Shown: in pieces, positions 62,889 through 64,000 of the stretch
Position numbering within the stretch: position 1 is the first letter of the stretch
Layout: each line of letters starts with the position of its first letter
Assembly: GCA_964187785.1 (NCBI GenBank)
Contig: OZ076409.1
Location: 64,916,001 to 64,980,000, forward strand
Source of the DNA: Amphiscolops sp. MND2022
Taxonomy: Eukaryota
Reading direction: 5' to 3'
Length of the DNA: 64,000 nt
The notes under the pieces: model-generated
What the model saw: only the letters and a program-made list of their open reading frames with translations
Databases searched by the model: none
Told to the model about the DNA's origin: nothing
Program-made: the position numbers and the translations under genes

Positions 62889-63091
62889 CTTTCTTTGGAG
62901 TGTCGTGAGATGGCGGCCAACACAGAAAGAGTGGCAGAAATACAGGCCATAGTGGAGGCTATCTCGAAGGCGAGTCTGTAGGAGCCACTTGCGTCATAGA
63001 TAAGACCACCAATCACAGGTCCACAAAGACACCCTATCCCCTGAGCCAACATCACCCACGTGAATCCGTTGCTCTTCTTGCCGACTACTTC
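62889..63091 (-). CDS. Exon of an MFS transporter (monocarboxylate transporter/SLC16-like, last two TM helices)
   Basis: AG..GT-bounded exon translating EVVGKKSNGFTWVMLAQGIGCLCGPVIGGLIYDASGSYRLAFEIASTMACISATLSVLAAISRHSKE. Upstream exons are not seen in the window. Confidence 0.75.
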
Positions 63092-63468
63092 CTGCAGCGT
63101 TTTTCAATTATAGAAAACAAAATGAAACAAGTACTAAGTACTTTTGGTAAAAGTGCACATAGAGCACAAAATGTGAACCATTCAGAGTCACACTGACAAA
63201 AAACTAGTCGCTGTAATATTTGAGCTTTTTTTCTTAAGTGAAAAGGCGCCGACTAAAAAGAGTAAACAAAAAAATTTGAGTTTTCAAAAATGCTGAAAAA
63301 ATTTAGTCATTTGAAATTTCAGTAATGAATTATCACTTTCAACACATCTTGTAACTCTTGTTGAAATCCTCCATACTCGATTAAATTTGATAATAATCCT
63401 GCCGAGATTCTCAAGAATCATTGAAAATCTTAGTAAGTGTTTCAAAACACAAGACACCTCAGCGCTAC

Positions 63469-64000
63469 TGTCGTAAGCATTTAAATTAATACCACCATCA
63501 TTCTGATGGTTATGGTTATGCTTGCTAGTTGAACTGTCTTTGGGGTTAATATTTTGCAGTCCTTCGGAATTTATTTCCGGTCTCTCGGACGGAATGTCCC
63601 ATCTGTTTTGTGTCATGTGTCCTGATCCGGCACTAAGGGCGGATTGGATTTGTGGGAGTACTTGGTTGCTTATTGCATCATTAATTGCCCTTTGGATCTG
63701 AGAATTGACACTACACATCATATCATCTAACTCTCTTGATAATCTAGAGTTCAATTCACTTGACAACTTGTTAATCTCAGCACTAGAGTTGCCACCAATT
63801 GAGTTTCGACCATAATTGGCATTATTACCAGGATCAATGTCCCTTGTGACTGAGTGCCTGTTTTCACCACTATTTCCTAGTTCATCTGCAGAGGTACTAC
63901 CAGGCCTTCTGCCGAAATTGCTACTAACACTTCCGTCCCTTTCATTTCTATTGAAGTGGTTTTCCCCTAGCATTATGTCAAGGTTCTCCAAGTCAGAAAG
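63469..64000 (-). other. Unidentified coding-like segment (S/N-rich plus coiled coil), probably part of a retroelement in the transporter intron
   Basis: An open frame enters from the window edge. Its coding-like composition stops at ..GCTTACGACA (possible LTR end) at about 63469. Confidence 0.3.

Overview
AT-rich, repeat-dense animal (metazoan) genomic DNA, not prokaryotic. Host genes are few. Two have intronless CDSs on the minus strand: LRSAM1-like (8085-10205) and SMARCB1/SNF5 (23359-24564). There are also 3' exons of an MFS/SLC16-like transporter (about 59.3-63.1 kb). The rest is mostly mobile DNA. (1) The end of an apparently intact Polinton/Maverick (adintovirus-like) endogenous virus (1-4103) encodes an adenain-type protease, a penton-like minor capsid protein and a candidate membrane-lytic core protein. 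All five of its ORFs start at an identical TAATAAATG motif resembling the poxvirus late initiator, and the element is studded with GC-GNA-GC mini-hairpin motifs. (2) Three Helentron-associated (HINE/DINE-1-like) non-autonomous families each carry a different tRNA-derived Pol III cassette and occur nested and in tandem. (3) Four Ty3/Gypsy LTR elements; one has nearly identical LTRs, a WLDD RT motif and an extra domain between RNase H and integrase. (4) A head-to-tail cluster of CRE-like non-LTR retrotransposons. (5) Several MITEs (Tc1/mariner-, Mutator-, hAT- and CACTA-like), often nested several levels deep. Most short ORFs in the supplied track are spurious. All family assignments come from motif recognition by eye; no database search was run.
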